Below the pieces are notes generated by a model. The model did not search any database. It was not told the origin of the DNA and saw only the letters and a program-made list of their open reading frames with translations. A stretch of DNA of 64,000 bases from Eledone cirrhosa. Its lineage: Eukaryota. Below, piece after piece: positions 1 through 11,934 of this stretch (within the stretch, counting starts at the first letter, position 1; every line of letters begins with the position of its first letter). A program made the translations under genes and the position numbers. Where the stretch lies: contig OZ024741.1 in NCBI GenBank assembly GCA_964016885.1, forward strand, positions 359,538,001 through 359,602,000, in the 5' to 3' direction.

Positions 1-133
1 TGTATGTATATATATATATATATACATACAGACACACACATATATATGTGTGTGTGTATGTATATATATATACATATACATATATATAAAATGGAAAACA
101 AAGAATCAGTGATGCATTGGAACACAATTAATT

Positions 134-226
134 ACGAATTACAATTGTTTCTCCGGGGAACAGCTCGAGGTGCGATCTGTTTGTGGATCGAACCTGACTC
201 TGGATTTGCAAGTTCCTCAGATACGT
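134..226 (-). ncRNA. Type I hammerhead-like motif with long helix II
   Basis: Minus strand reads acgtat-CTGAGGA-(~62 nt)-GAAA-caattg-TA-attcgt; palindromic helix III; helix I pairs at 5 of 6 positions. Confidence 0.55.
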
Positions 227-329
227 CTAGCTTCGGAATCACTAGACGTATCTGAGGAACTTGCAAATCCAGAGTCAGGTTCGATCCACAAACCGGTCGC
301 ACCTCGAGCTGTTCGCCGGAGAAACAATT

Positions 330-735
330 CATCATCATCATCATCGTTTAACGTCCATGTTCGACGCTTGCATGGGTTTGGACGGGAGTTTTCCCACTTG
401 AGGCAAGATTGGTTGTCTTGCTCGCATAGGACTGTCTGGCGGGTTTTCTACGGCTGGATGCCCTTCCTAACACCAACCACATTTACAGTGTGGACTGGGA
501 GGTTTTTACCGTGTTACCTACATGGCCACATTACAGCGTGGACTGTGTGTTTTTTTGTCGTGACACCTACAGACCTCATTTGTTTCGGACTGGATGTTGT
601 GGTACCAACATAACTTCACATTGAGGGGGTGGTGTGGATGGGGTGGGGGCAGTGGGACAGAGGTGTATTTTTGTTAGAGGTGCCTACTGACTGTAGGTTT
701 CCCTTTGTACTTAGGCAAGGCGGGTCTTCTGTATA
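330..735 (-). mobile_element. RTE LINE 3' end (subfamily C)
   Basis: (CAT)n at 330-345; matches the 3'UTR at 15225-15628 and 33360-33757. Confidence 0.9.
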
Positions 736-864
736 CGTAATAAATTGTGTTCCAATTCATCACTGATTCTTCGTTTCCCATTTTATCATACTCTGCTCCA
801 AAGGAGCATAGAGTGCTCAGCCGGCCTACTGCCTATGGACACATCACGTGACCATACAACATAT

Positions 865-2338
865 TATCATCATCACCGTTTTACATCCGTTCTTCCACGC
901 TAGCATCAGTTAGATGGGTTGTCCTGTTGTGGGCAGTGTCCAGTCGGGTGACCTTGTCTTGCTCATACAGGAACTGATTCTGGCTTGATTTCTACAGCTG
1001 GATGCCCTTCCTAACGCCAACCATATTTACAGTGAGTGCTGGGTGATTTTTTTTCCGTGGTGCCTACACATCCACTTTACAGTGTAGGCTGGGTGCTTTT
1101 TTGCCGTGGTACCTCCACGAGCACTTTGCAGGGGGGGGGGGCATATTGTCTATATGCTTCAGCTTCAGCTTGTTCCTGTGGGAGGTCAGGTCTTCCGTAT
1201 TACTGCGTGATGCCAGAGGTCACGGTCATGTGTCATTTCCCTTGAGAGGAGCAATTGGGTAAGGTCAGCCTTTATCACCTCATCCCAGGTCTTCTTGGGT
1301 CTCCCCACTCCGCGGTTTCCATCGACTTCTAGTGCTCTGCACCATTTTATGCAGCTGTCATCCTTCATACGCATCACATGTCCATAGGAACATAATCTCC
1401 TCTCCTGCACACAGCATTTGATTCCTCTTATGCTCAGTCTCTCCCTCAATTTGTTTATGCTTTGCTGTTTGCATATATTACTATTACACATCCATCGGAG
1501 CATGCAAGCTTCGTTTCTTTCTAATCTGCGCAATTCTTCTACAGACAGCGCCCAGGTTTCACTACCATATACCATTGCTGTTCGTATACACACATCATAT
1601 AGTTTGCCTTTCATTTTGAGGGAAAAGCCTTTTGCAGCTAGCAGTGGCAGTAGCTCCCTGAACTTCTTCCATCCCGTTCTTACCCTAGTTATTGTACTTT
1701 CCAAACACCCACCTTCGCTGCTAATTTGGTCACCTAGATAGCAGAAGCTGTCTACTGTTTCTACAGAGCCATCCCAGAGTTTGGTGGTGCTTGTTTCCTG
1801 TGGTCGTTTTCTGCTTGCTGTCCCAGCACAACTTCTACATATGAAGCCTACATTCTTAGTTAAACTTCCTGAGATCCCACTACATCTCTTGTGTACCCAT
1901 TTGGGGCAGAGGATGGAGTTCCTACCTCCACCTTTCCTACATACTGAGCAAGGCCATTTCCCTGAGGGGATCTGGGTTCTGTTTTCTCGTCTACTTAGAA
2001 GAACCTTAGTCTTTGTCAGGTTGACTTTGAGACCCCTTCTTTCTAGTCCCTGCTTCCATGTTTGGAATTTCTTCTCTAGTTCCACCATGGATTCAGCTAT
2101 AAGTGCGAGATCATCCGCATACAGGAGTTCCCATGGGCATCCGGTCTTAAACTCCTCCGTTATTGCCTGCAAAACTATATTGAACAGGAGAGAGCTAAGA
2201 ACAGAGCCCTGGTGGACACCGACCTGTCTGCTAAATTCCTCGCTATAGTCGTTGCTAACCCTAACTTTGCTGACTGCTCCTCTATACATGGCTTGTACAG
2301 CTTTCACAAGCCATTCATCTACTCCTAATTTTCTAAGT
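865..2338 (-). mobile_element. 5'-truncated RTE LINE (subfamily B), RT C-terminal half
   Basis: ORF 1186-2373 has GVHQGSVLS, LLYADD, FCYLG and YGSETW; 3'UTR and (ATG)n tail. Confidence 0.93.
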
Positions 2339-2549
2339 TTGAAAGCCACAACAATGTGAAATGGATGAACCAAAAAATAAGATAAAGCAAGATGTTATGT
2401 TTTACTTTATTTATTTATCTGTCCTGATATTTTGAGATGAAATCTTTTCTTCTGAGGGAAATAGCAATGGATAGACTGGTTTCAGTAAAATGCGTTATAC
2501 CATGCTGCTGAAAGTGGTGGACATGGGTGAAGTAGGAAGAAAGGGGACA

Positions 2550-2990
2550 TGTAGCGAAATCTGTCCACACCTTCACTCCTAGGTGACATTTAGCAGTCAT
2601 TTTCTGGGTTATCTCCTTTCAGGCATTAACAAGTCTAAGAGTGGACGACCAGGGGACAGAGAAAGTGACAGATATAAATAGCCTGTCTTAGAGTAGGCAG
2701 TTCAAGGCAGTTCTTGATAGAGTAAACATGTAAAACATTTGCATTCTACAGACCCTTTTGGAGTCTTACAGATTCTTACTCACTCTTTTTCACGCAATCT
2801 CTATCTCTTGGTCTCTCTCTTAACCAAGCCAGTGAAGTTCATGAAGTTTTCTTGGTAAATACAATTTAATTCTACTTTTACAAACCAACAAATAATGTAC
2901 ATAATTCTTGTCTATTTTTCGTATAGCTCCAGCATGAATTATTTTCAATAAATTAATATATTGGTTTGGTGTCATCATGGTTCATTTATA
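2550..2990 (+). mobile_element. Possible solo-LTR-like repeat
   Basis: Starts TGTAGCGAAATCTGTCCACACC, the same terminus as the reverse complement of 29950-30002; TATAAATA near 2673 and AATAAA near 2948; 3' end uncertain. Confidence 0.35.
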
Positions 2991-3344
2991 TATATATATT
3001 CGTTTTCTGCATGATCAAAGAACTATCATATCATCATCATCTTATTGAACACTTACTCACTTACCTGCACACATGCAACCTCTGGTCACACTGTATCACA
3101 CAACAGTGATCACTCGACACAGCAGCAAGCTATAAGTGAGCACGCATGCAACAAACGAATCAACACCACAACACAATCCACTACCAACATCAACCAACAA
3201 ATAATCGCTATAGGTATACGGCTCTATCCCTCTTTTGTTTTTAATTATATAATCTAATAAGCGGGGGGATAAAAGTGGTGGGGTTGGAAAAAATCCGAAA
3301 AATTAATAAGCAGAGGTGGACGATTATTCAAGACCTGAGAGTAC

Positions 3345-4850
3345 CTGTCACTTAGCTTCTTTCATAGCTACCTGGTACAGGTCTCTGCTACTCCCATTTT
3401 CCAGTCTTTCCATGCTTGTCTCTTGGCTTTAATGGCTCTATCCACCGTGCTGTTCCACCACCAGATCATCCTCTGTCTGGCTGGTGCTTTACTCCAGCCG
3501 CAAGTCTTGTCAATAGTTCACAAAAGTTTGTTGTGTAAGAACTTCCAGTTGTCTTCTACATTATATGTATCTAGCTTGAAATCCTTCTCATTAAGTGCAT
3601 CCCGTAGGGCCTTTCTAAACCTATATTTAACCGAAAGGCCCTTTAGCTTCCACACCCTCTGTCTCCATATTTTCCTGCATGTCTTATTCTGTCTTGTGTT
3701 TATTTTGATGTCACTAATAACTAACTTGTGCTGGGCAGTGCATTCTTCCATGGGGAAAGCCTTAGTATTTATCACAGTCCGTTTATCTCTTTGTCTTACC
3801 AGTAAGTAATCAATTTGGCGTATGCATTCACCTGATTGATACGAGAACATATAATTAACAGGTTTCCTGAAATTTGTGTTACAAATGGTTAGTTCATTTG
3901 CATCACAGAATTCCATGAGTTTCAGTCCCTCCTCATTCCTTGAGCCATAGCCACCAGGAACTCCCCTGAATTCATCCTGTTACTGTCCCACATGTCCATT
4001 AAAGTCACCTGCCAGGCTGATAAGGTCTCTTTCATCAATACTGGAAGTTGTCTGTAAACGTTCCTCATAGAATCTGTCCTTTTGTTCTTTACCCAGTCCA
4101 GCCTGCAGAGCATAGGTAGATGTAATTGTCACTATGCCTACAGTTAATCTAAGTTTGATGATTCTATTACTCTAACTACCTCTAACATCTTATCTATCCA
4201 TTTCTCAGCTAGTAGAATGGCTACACCCCATTGTTATTTCCTACCCAGCAGAATTTATATCTAAGTTGCTTGCCTGTGATTAGTCTCGTTGAGGCAACCC
4301 TCCATCTCACTTCTTGTACACAGCATACATCTACTCCTCTTCTCTCTAACAGTTCCACAATTTCACCTGATTGGCCTTTCAGGGTTCAAACATTGAGGGT
4401 GGTAGTCTTGAGATTTGTACCTTGACGGTTGCTGTTACTTCCTTGGTTAGAGGTTCTATGTACCTGAAAGGGTAAGAGGTTGTGCGATTGCTTGATGATA
4501 GTCAAGGGGTTCTCACACAAACTACTCTAGCCATTTCATTACTATGCAGAGCACTAACATGACTAGTGTTAGCCATGTGTATGCAATTAATAGAAATCAT
4601 ATTGATTGTGCTTTTCATACTTTAGGTGGGTTTTTCTGGCTGGATGCCCTTCCTATCAGGAACCACTTTACAGGGTGGACTAGATGTATTATTTGTACTA
4701 CCAGTATTAGAGAGGTTGTCTTACCGGACTTACGAGTCTTCTCCACCTTGTATCAGTTTTTATTCGGAGTGTCTACTCTTCTAGATGGGTTGCCTTCACT
4801 ACAGATTACGGAGCCCACATCTGCTCTGTGCAGTCGTTTTTTTTAAATCG
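3345..4850 (-). mobile_element. Degenerate RTE LINE 5' part (5'UTR + AP endonuclease)
   Basis: EFCDANELTICNTNFRK and QIDYLLVR in ORF 3518-3916; frameshifts; 5'UTR motif AGGAAGGGCATCCAGC at 4639-4654. Confidence 0.85.
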
Positions 4851-5101
4851 GAGTCACTGATCTCCTTGATGGGCTGCTTTTACTTTGGCTTGCAGAGTCC
4901 ACGTCAGCCCCGTGCAGTCATTAAACAGTTCACAGAGTAATGAATTGACATTCCTGATGTAGGAGGATGCATATGTGTGTGTCTGTGTGTGTGTGTGTGT
5001 GAGAGAGAGAGCGTGTAAGTATGTGTGTGTAAGTAAAAGGCAGGAATGCAAGGCCATGTCTGCCAAACAGCATCTAAAAGAGATATAAGTATATGTGTGT
5101 A

Positions 5102-5160
<59 letters not shown>

Positions 5161-5189
5161 ATTGTAGTACAAACTTGCTATAAATATCC

Positions 5190-7605
5190 AAGGGTATAGA
5201 GCACTCAGTCCATAGGATGAGTTATGTATAATCAGTTACAACAGTGACATATATATGTACTTAAGTTTCATTGCCTTGTTTATCCAAACTTCTTCAGCCT
5301 GTCATTCATTTTGTGATTCAGAAACCGGCTTTTGAACCAGTTCTCAGACATTCCTACAAATGTCCAGCCTTGTGGTTCTGGTTGGCGGAGGTCAATTCTG
5401 CTTCATTTGACAGGGGAAACTATCAAGTTCAGCCAATATTTTCAACCTGCAATCTAGAAATTACTCATTTAAGGTGAATGACCTCGCGCTTTTTGAAGCT
5501 GATCTCCTTAATTTAGTTGCTAACATATCTTTCTGAAAACACTCTAACTTGTTTCAGAATAAACAAAGTAGAGATATAAAAATCTTTAAAATCTCTGATA
5601 AAAGAAACAATCTCAATGAGCTTGATGCCTCTACTTACAACCAACTTCTAAAAAAAACCATACACACTAAATATTTTAAAAACTGACCCTGCAACTTACT
5701 ATGCCTTCAATAATGAAGTGAAGTATATAGCTACCACCTTCAAAGTAGACAACAAGTTAGAATGCTTAGCTAAGAGAGAGGCTTAAGGATCACAAGGATG
5801 ACTTCACTAACAAACCAACTTGCAGGCTCATAAACCCTGCCAAAACTGAACTAGGACTTGTAAGACGGATGATACTTGTAAGTAATACATTAATAAAACT
5901 ATTTGACAACAGTCCAACCTTAATCAGTGGATTAATAATCTATAGTCTATAACTATAGATTAGTTTGATGTCCTCAAACACTCCAATAATGCTAAGTTTA
6001 TACAGTTTGATATAGTTGACTTTTACCCTTCAATATTCAGGGCCTAACTTGGTAAGGCCTTGGATTTCACTAGTAATTTCACTAATATATATGATTTAGA
6101 CCACTTAGTAATGTGCCACTAGAAAAAAACCTCTTCTTTAATAATGAGGAACCTAGGATAAAGAAATCCATTACCAATTACCTATTTGATTTATCAATGG
6201 GATCATTCGACAGTGCTGATCTATGCGATTTGGTGGGCCTTTTTACCTTAGACACACTACATAAGAAATTCCCTGACGTCCATATGGGTCTATACCTCAA
6301 CGATGGTCTGGCACTATCAAGTAATAAAGTGGCCTTGACCTCAACATGTTTAGAAAAGATATGGTAACTACCTTTAATAACCTAGAACTAAAAATTACTA
6401 TCTCTATCAACTTCAGCGTTAACTTCATAGATGTTAACTTAGACCTATGTACATGCACATGCAGGCCTTTCCACAAACCCAGTGAAAAACTTAGGTACAT
6501 TCATAAGGATTCTAGCCACTCCCCAATAGTTTTTTTAAATCTCATTAATAATATCAGCAAGAGGATATCCAACCTCTCTTCTAGCAAAGCTATTTTTGAG
6601 AGAGTCGCCCTAAGCAACTGAACATGTCTTACTCTCCAAACCACTGCTCTATATCTAGCAAACAAATCTGTTGTGTGGTTCACACCACTATTCGCGCTCA
6701 ACATTAAAACTAATGGAGGTAAAAAATACCTCCCACTTTTAGATTCACACTTCCCTTTAGGCCATAAATACTGGCAAATATCTAATTACATTCCACACAG
6801 TGAAAATATGCTACTCTTGTACCGAAAGCATGAAATCCCACATCACCAACAAATGAAAAAACCATCCACCTTATGGATGCTCATGCAAAAGGCCAGAGAC
6901 ATGCCCCTTAGACCAACAGTGCAACACACCAGTGGTGATATATAAAGCAGAAATGAACTCCACCAACCAGAACCACCTAACAGAAGCCTGGATTTATGTA
7001 GGAATGTCTGAGAGCCGGGCCAAAGGCCATTTCCTCAACCATAAAATAACCTTTAGACATCCTGACAAAAAACATACCACTCATCTCACAAATCACGTGC
7101 GGAACCTCAAAGAAAATGACACATCATTCTCCATTAAATGGAGGATACTGGAAAGATCCAACCCTTACATCAAAAAGACGAAATTTTGTCAGTGGTGTAG
7201 CTCTGAAAAGTGGAAAAGACTGTCACAACTATCTTCAAAGAAAATCTGCTTAAAAACACAGCTTGACTGTTTCAATCGTTGTCCCCACGAAGTGATATTA
7301 GTTCAGGAAAAAATTGTCTAGACCAGATTACTATTTTCGACTTTTCAAATTAACCGTAGCCTATTTGTGAAACACAAGTTACCTAACTTATTCTTGATAG
7401 AGTTAGCTCCAATATCATTTATAAAATTTAAGTTGTTTGGCTTATTAAAGGATAATTCCGGGATTATCAGCCCTTAGAACTCTCCTATACTCTCAATTAT
7501 CTCCCCGGATGGACGCCATTGGTATTATGACAGGCTGAATGAGTTTAGATAAACAACCCAACGAAACTTAAGTATCTGTATATGTCACTGTTGTAACTGA
7601 TTATA
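5190..7605 (+). mobile_element. Penelope-like element (RT + GIY-YIG), degenerate, with inverted terminal repeat
   Basis: Motifs [32 protein letters not shown] and VIYKA..YVG across frameshifts; 5227-5305 is an inverted copy of 7527-7605; (TA)n on both sides. Confidence 0.9.
7529..7579 (+). ncRNA. Type I hammerhead motif in PLE terminal repeat
   Basis: acagg-CTGAATGA-gtt..aac-GAAA-cttaag-TA-tctgt; the inverted copy at 5255-5302 has a CTGAAGA core. Confidence 0.6.
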
Positions 7606-7675
7606 TATATCTATATATATACATATATATATATATAGAGAGAGAGATATATATAGATATAGATATATATATATA

Positions 7676-7991
7676 GTTGTATGGTTGTAATTAAATGCGT
7701 CCGTAGGCGGTACGTTATCTGAGCACTCGATTCTCCCGCAGAGCAGAGTATATTATTATAGAAAATGAGGAATCAGTAATGCATCAAAACACAATTTATT
7801 AACATATTACATATGTTTCTCTGACGATCAGATGGAATGCTTTGAAACCACAAAACATATCTGAGGAACTTGCGAATGCAGAGTCGGGTTCGATCTGTAA
7901 CAAATCCTGCCTTGAGCTAATCGTTGGAGAAACATATGTAATATGTTAATAAATTGTGTTTTCATGTATTACTGATTCCTCGTTATCTATA
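7676..7991. mobile_element. Asymmetric foldback element family A, second copy
   Basis: 7755-7830 is inverted to 7920-7991; tail 7676-7752; (TA)n on both sides. Confidence 0.8.
7854..7947 (+). ncRNA. Type I hammerhead-like motif with 61-nt helix II region
   Basis: aacatat-CTGAGGA-61 nt-GAAA-catatg-TA-atatgtt: perfect 7-bp helix I, palindromic helix III, AATAAA immediately after. Confidence 0.65.
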
Positions 7992-8059
7992 ATATATATA
8001 TATATATATATATATGATACATAGGGAGCTCATAGATAGGACGACACACGGTTTTTCGT

Positions 8060-8515
8060 GTGGCAGCAGCAGTGAAATGAAGAACAACAACAACGACAGC
8101 AGCAGCAACAACAACAGCAACTACAACTACAACAGCGACAACAACAACAACAACACCATTGTCTGTGTTGAATGTGTGTGTATGTATGTATTTATATATA
8201 TGCGACTACAATAACAGCAACAGTACCATTGTCTGCAACAGCAGCATCAGTGAAAAGAAGAAGAAGAACGACAGCAACAACAACTGCCACCACGATCACT
8301 GACCATCCACCACCACCGCCATCAACATACTGACGCTATCCACACCACCACAGCCACCATCACTGGCACTATCCACCACCACCGCCATCCACCACCATCA
8401 CTGGCACCATCCACCACCACTGCTACCACCGCCACCATCACTAGCATCATCCACCACCACCGCCACCACCAGTCACCATCCGCCACCACCACCATCACCG
8501 TCACTGACACCATTT
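8060..8515. repeat. Degenerate (CAA/CAG)n and (CAC)n simple repeats
   Basis: Trinucleotide-periodic low-complexity sequence. Confidence 0.9.
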
Positions 8516-8655
8516 GTATCAGTACTGCCGGTAATATATATATATATATATATATGTGAGTGGCGTGTGTGTTTGTAGTTTGTATGCATGAGTGTTGGTG
8601 TGTGAGTGTTTGTGTGTGCGTCGTGTCAATAAGTTTCTTTTTTTTTTTTTTTTTG

Positions 8656-11600
8656 ACCATGCTGTAAAATGGAGGGGTAGAGAGGGCCCTTGAGTCTAGT
8701 AAGACATCCTCTCTAGTGCTGGTGGCACAAATAAAAGCACCCAGTCCATGCTGTAATGTGGCGCTGGTGTTAGGAAGGGCATCTAACCAGTGAATCAATG
8801 CCAAAACGCTTATCAACACAGCAACAAGTAGATAGGAACAACAAAATATGAAGACGTCGCATCTCAGAGTTGCAACACTTAATGTTGGCACTCTCAGAGG
8901 TAGATCTGCTGAAATAGCGGAGATGCTGGAGAGAAGACATGTGGATGTGTGCTGCGTGCAAGAGGTGAGATGGAGAGGTGCCTCTGCGAGACTAGTCGTA
9001 GGCAAACATCTTAGCTATAAGCTTTTCTGGGTAGGTAAGGATGATGGGTTAGGAGGAGTAGGCATTTTCCTGGCTGAGAGATGGATCAATAAGACAATAG
9101 AGGTAGTTCGAGTTAGTAATCGAATAATTAAGCTTAGATTAGTTGTAGGCAGGAGACTACTGACAATCATCTCTGCCTATGCTCCCCAAGCAGGCCTAGG
9201 CAAAGATGAGAAAGACTGCTTTTACAAACAGCCGCAATGACAGAGGGCGGAGACATCGTTATGCTAGCAGGGGACTTCAATGGTCATGTTGGACAGCTCC
9301 AGGATGGTTACACTGGGGTGCATGGTGGGCATGGTTACGGCTCAAGAATTGAAGAAGGAGTGAGACTTCTTGAATTTTGTGACGCAAGTACACTGACTAT
9401 TTGCAACACAAACTTCCAGAAACCTGCCAACCACTTAATAACCTACAAATCTGGCGAGCACATAAGCCAGATTGACTTCTTACTAGTTAGGTAGCGGGAC
9501 AGGCAGATAGTGTCTAATACCAAGGCATACCCTGGGGAAGAATGTACCGCACAGCATAGGTTAGTCGTTAGTGATATCTCAGTAAGCAAGAGATGGAATG
9601 AGACATACAGGAAGGTGTGGAGAAGAAAGGTCTGGAAGCTAAAAGACCTTTCACTAAAATACAAATTTAGGAAAGCCCTTCAAGATGTATATGACGAAAA
9701 AGAAGACGATTTAGAGACGTATGACATAGATAATAACTGGAATTTATTACGTGACAACTTGCTGCAGGCTACTGATGATACTTGTGGCTGGAGCAGAGTT
9801 CCAACCAGACAGAGAGTGACCTGGTGGTGGAACAGCACGGTAGATAAGGCTATTAGAGACAAAAGACTAGCATGGAAGGCTTGGAAAAAGGGTGGAAGTA
9901 GGGAAGAATATACAGCCGCTAAGAGAGAAGCTAGACGTCAGGTGTACTTAGCACACAGGGAGGCTGAGAGTAGGAGGTTTGCCAATGTTCTGCGACGGGA
10001 AGATCAGAGGCGTGCGGTGTTCCACATTGCAAAACAGTGTGTCAATGCAAATCAGGATGTTGTTGGAGATAAATGTGTCCGGAATGATGCCGGTATACTT
10101 AGTGTCACGAATGATCAGAAAAAGGAAGCCTGGAAATGTCATTACGAGAGACTGATGAATGTGGAGAACGAATGGGAGAGAGAAGAGAAATTACCCTTAG
10201 TAGATCCGACAGAGGGACCAGCTATTGAGATTGACGAATATAGGGTCCAAGAGGCGATTAAGGAAATGAAAAATGGTAAGGCTGCTGGACCATCGGGAAT
10301 AGTTGCTGAGATGCTGAAGGCATCAGGGGACGTAGGCACTAAACTGGTTGCACGTATGATCAATCAGGCTATATATGGTGGTGTCATACCCAAAGACTGG
10401 TGCAGCAGTATTCTCATAAATTGCTACAAAGGTAAAGGGGATGCTCTGGAGAGGAGCAATTATAGGGGAATAAAACTGATGGATCAGGTTATGAAAGTGG
10501 CAGAAAGGATATTAGCACAACTAATTAGAGAAAGGGTCAAACTAGATGAGATGCAGTTTGGTTTTGTGCCTGGGAAGAGTACAACAGATGCCCTCTTCTT
10601 GGTGAGACAATTGCAAGAGAGGTTCTTAGAGAAAAATAAGCCACTATACTTAGCCTTTGTTGACCTAGAGAAGGCCTTTGATAGGGTACCCCGATCTGTC
10701 ATCTGGTGGTCCCTAAGGAAGCTAGGTGTTGAGGAATGGCTTGTGAGGACAGTGCAAACTTTGTACAGAGGTACTCTCAGTAAAGTCAGGGTAGGAATGG
10801 AGTTTAGTGAGGAATTCCAGATACAAGTAGGAGTACATCAAGGTTCGGTCCTCAGCCCGCTCTTGTTCATTATAGTCCTCCATGCCATAACAGAGGAGTT
10901 TAAGACTGGCTGTCCATGGGAACTTCTCTATGCTGACGATCTGGTTTTTATAGCAGAATCAGTAGAGGAGCTAGAGAATAAATTCCGGCTATGGAAACAG
11001 CAGTTGGAAGCAAGAGGACTGAGAGTGAACCTAGCTAAGACAAAAGTATTGATGAGTAGAAAAGAGGACAAAACTCTGATTCCGCCAGGGAAATGGCCAT
11101 GTTCGATATGCAGAAAAGGAACTGGCATAAATTCTATAAAATGCACACAATGCAGATCCTGGGTACACAAGAGATGTAGCGGGATAGCAGGCAAACTAAC
11201 AGGTAGGGAGAAATATGTATGCAGTAGATGTACAGGGAAATTAGACAGTAGAAGTCGCATTGATAGACATATTTTTCAAATGCAGGAGGGTGCTATAGAA
11301 GTGGTGGATAGCTTCCGGTACCTAGGAGATCAGATTAGCATGGGAGGAGGGTGTTCCGAGGCCATAGTATCTAGAATAAGGATGGGTTGGAAGAAGTTTA
11401 GGGAGCTGCTTCCTCTGCTGACGAAGAAGGGTTTCTCCCTGCGTACGAAAGGCCGGTTATATGATGCCTGTGTGAAGAGCGCGATGCTGCATGGTAGTGA
11501 GACATGGGCAGCAACTGCAGAGAATATGCGACGGCTGGAGAGAAATGAGGCAAGCATGCTCCGTTGGATGTGCAGTGTAAATGTGCGTGTACGACCCAGC

Positions 11601-11927
11601 ATGAATGTGTTGAGAGAGAAACTGTGTTTGAGAGGGATAGAATGTAGTGTACGGGAGAGGAGACTGAGGTGGTATGGACATGTGATGCGCATGGAGGATG
11701 ACCGATGGGTGAAGAAGTGCCAGGAAATGCCAGTTGAAGGAAGACGTGGTAGAGGTAGACCACGAAAAACATGGGCGGAGGTGGTGAGAAGAGACCTCAG
11801 ATCGTTGAAGCTCACGGTGGAGATGACGAAGGACCATGATGAGTGGAGAGATGCTGTGCTGAATAAGACCCGTCCCACCCTTGCGAGCAGGGAAGAGCGG
11901 ACGTAAAATGATGATGATGATGATGAT
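8656..11927 (+). mobile_element. Near full-length RTE-clade LINE (subfamily A)
   Basis: 5'UTR, APE motifs (ATLNV, CVQE, SAYAP, GDFN, QIDF), RT motifs (AFVDLEKAFD, QGSVLSP, YADD), very short 3' end and (ATG)n tail. Confidence 0.95.
8848..11906 (+). pseudogene. RTE EN-RT polyprotein with PHD-like finger; one frameshift (~9235) and one in-frame stop (9492-9494)
   Basis: ORFs 8848-9240, 9237-9494 and 9510-11906 join into one APE-RT frame; the last two share a frame. Confidence 0.9.
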
Positions 11928-11934
11928 ATATGTA

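Larger units (their letters stand above)
87..860. mobile_element. Asymmetric foldback element (family A, PLE terminal-repeat-like) with hammerhead motif, interrupted by an RTE 3' end
   Basis: Arm 87-230 is the reverse complement of 242-329 plus 734-786; extra tail 787-860; (TA)n on the left; homologous to 7676-7991. Confidence 0.8.

Noticed and set aside
7811-7860. Second CTGACGA...GAAA on the plus strand
   Set aside because: No UH cleavage site or helix III; the apparent pairing comes from the foldback arm.
10928-11878. Antisense ORFs over RTE copies (also 1781-2248, 35304-35738, 42082-43197)
   Set aside because: Shadow frames of the RT coding strand with no independent motifs.
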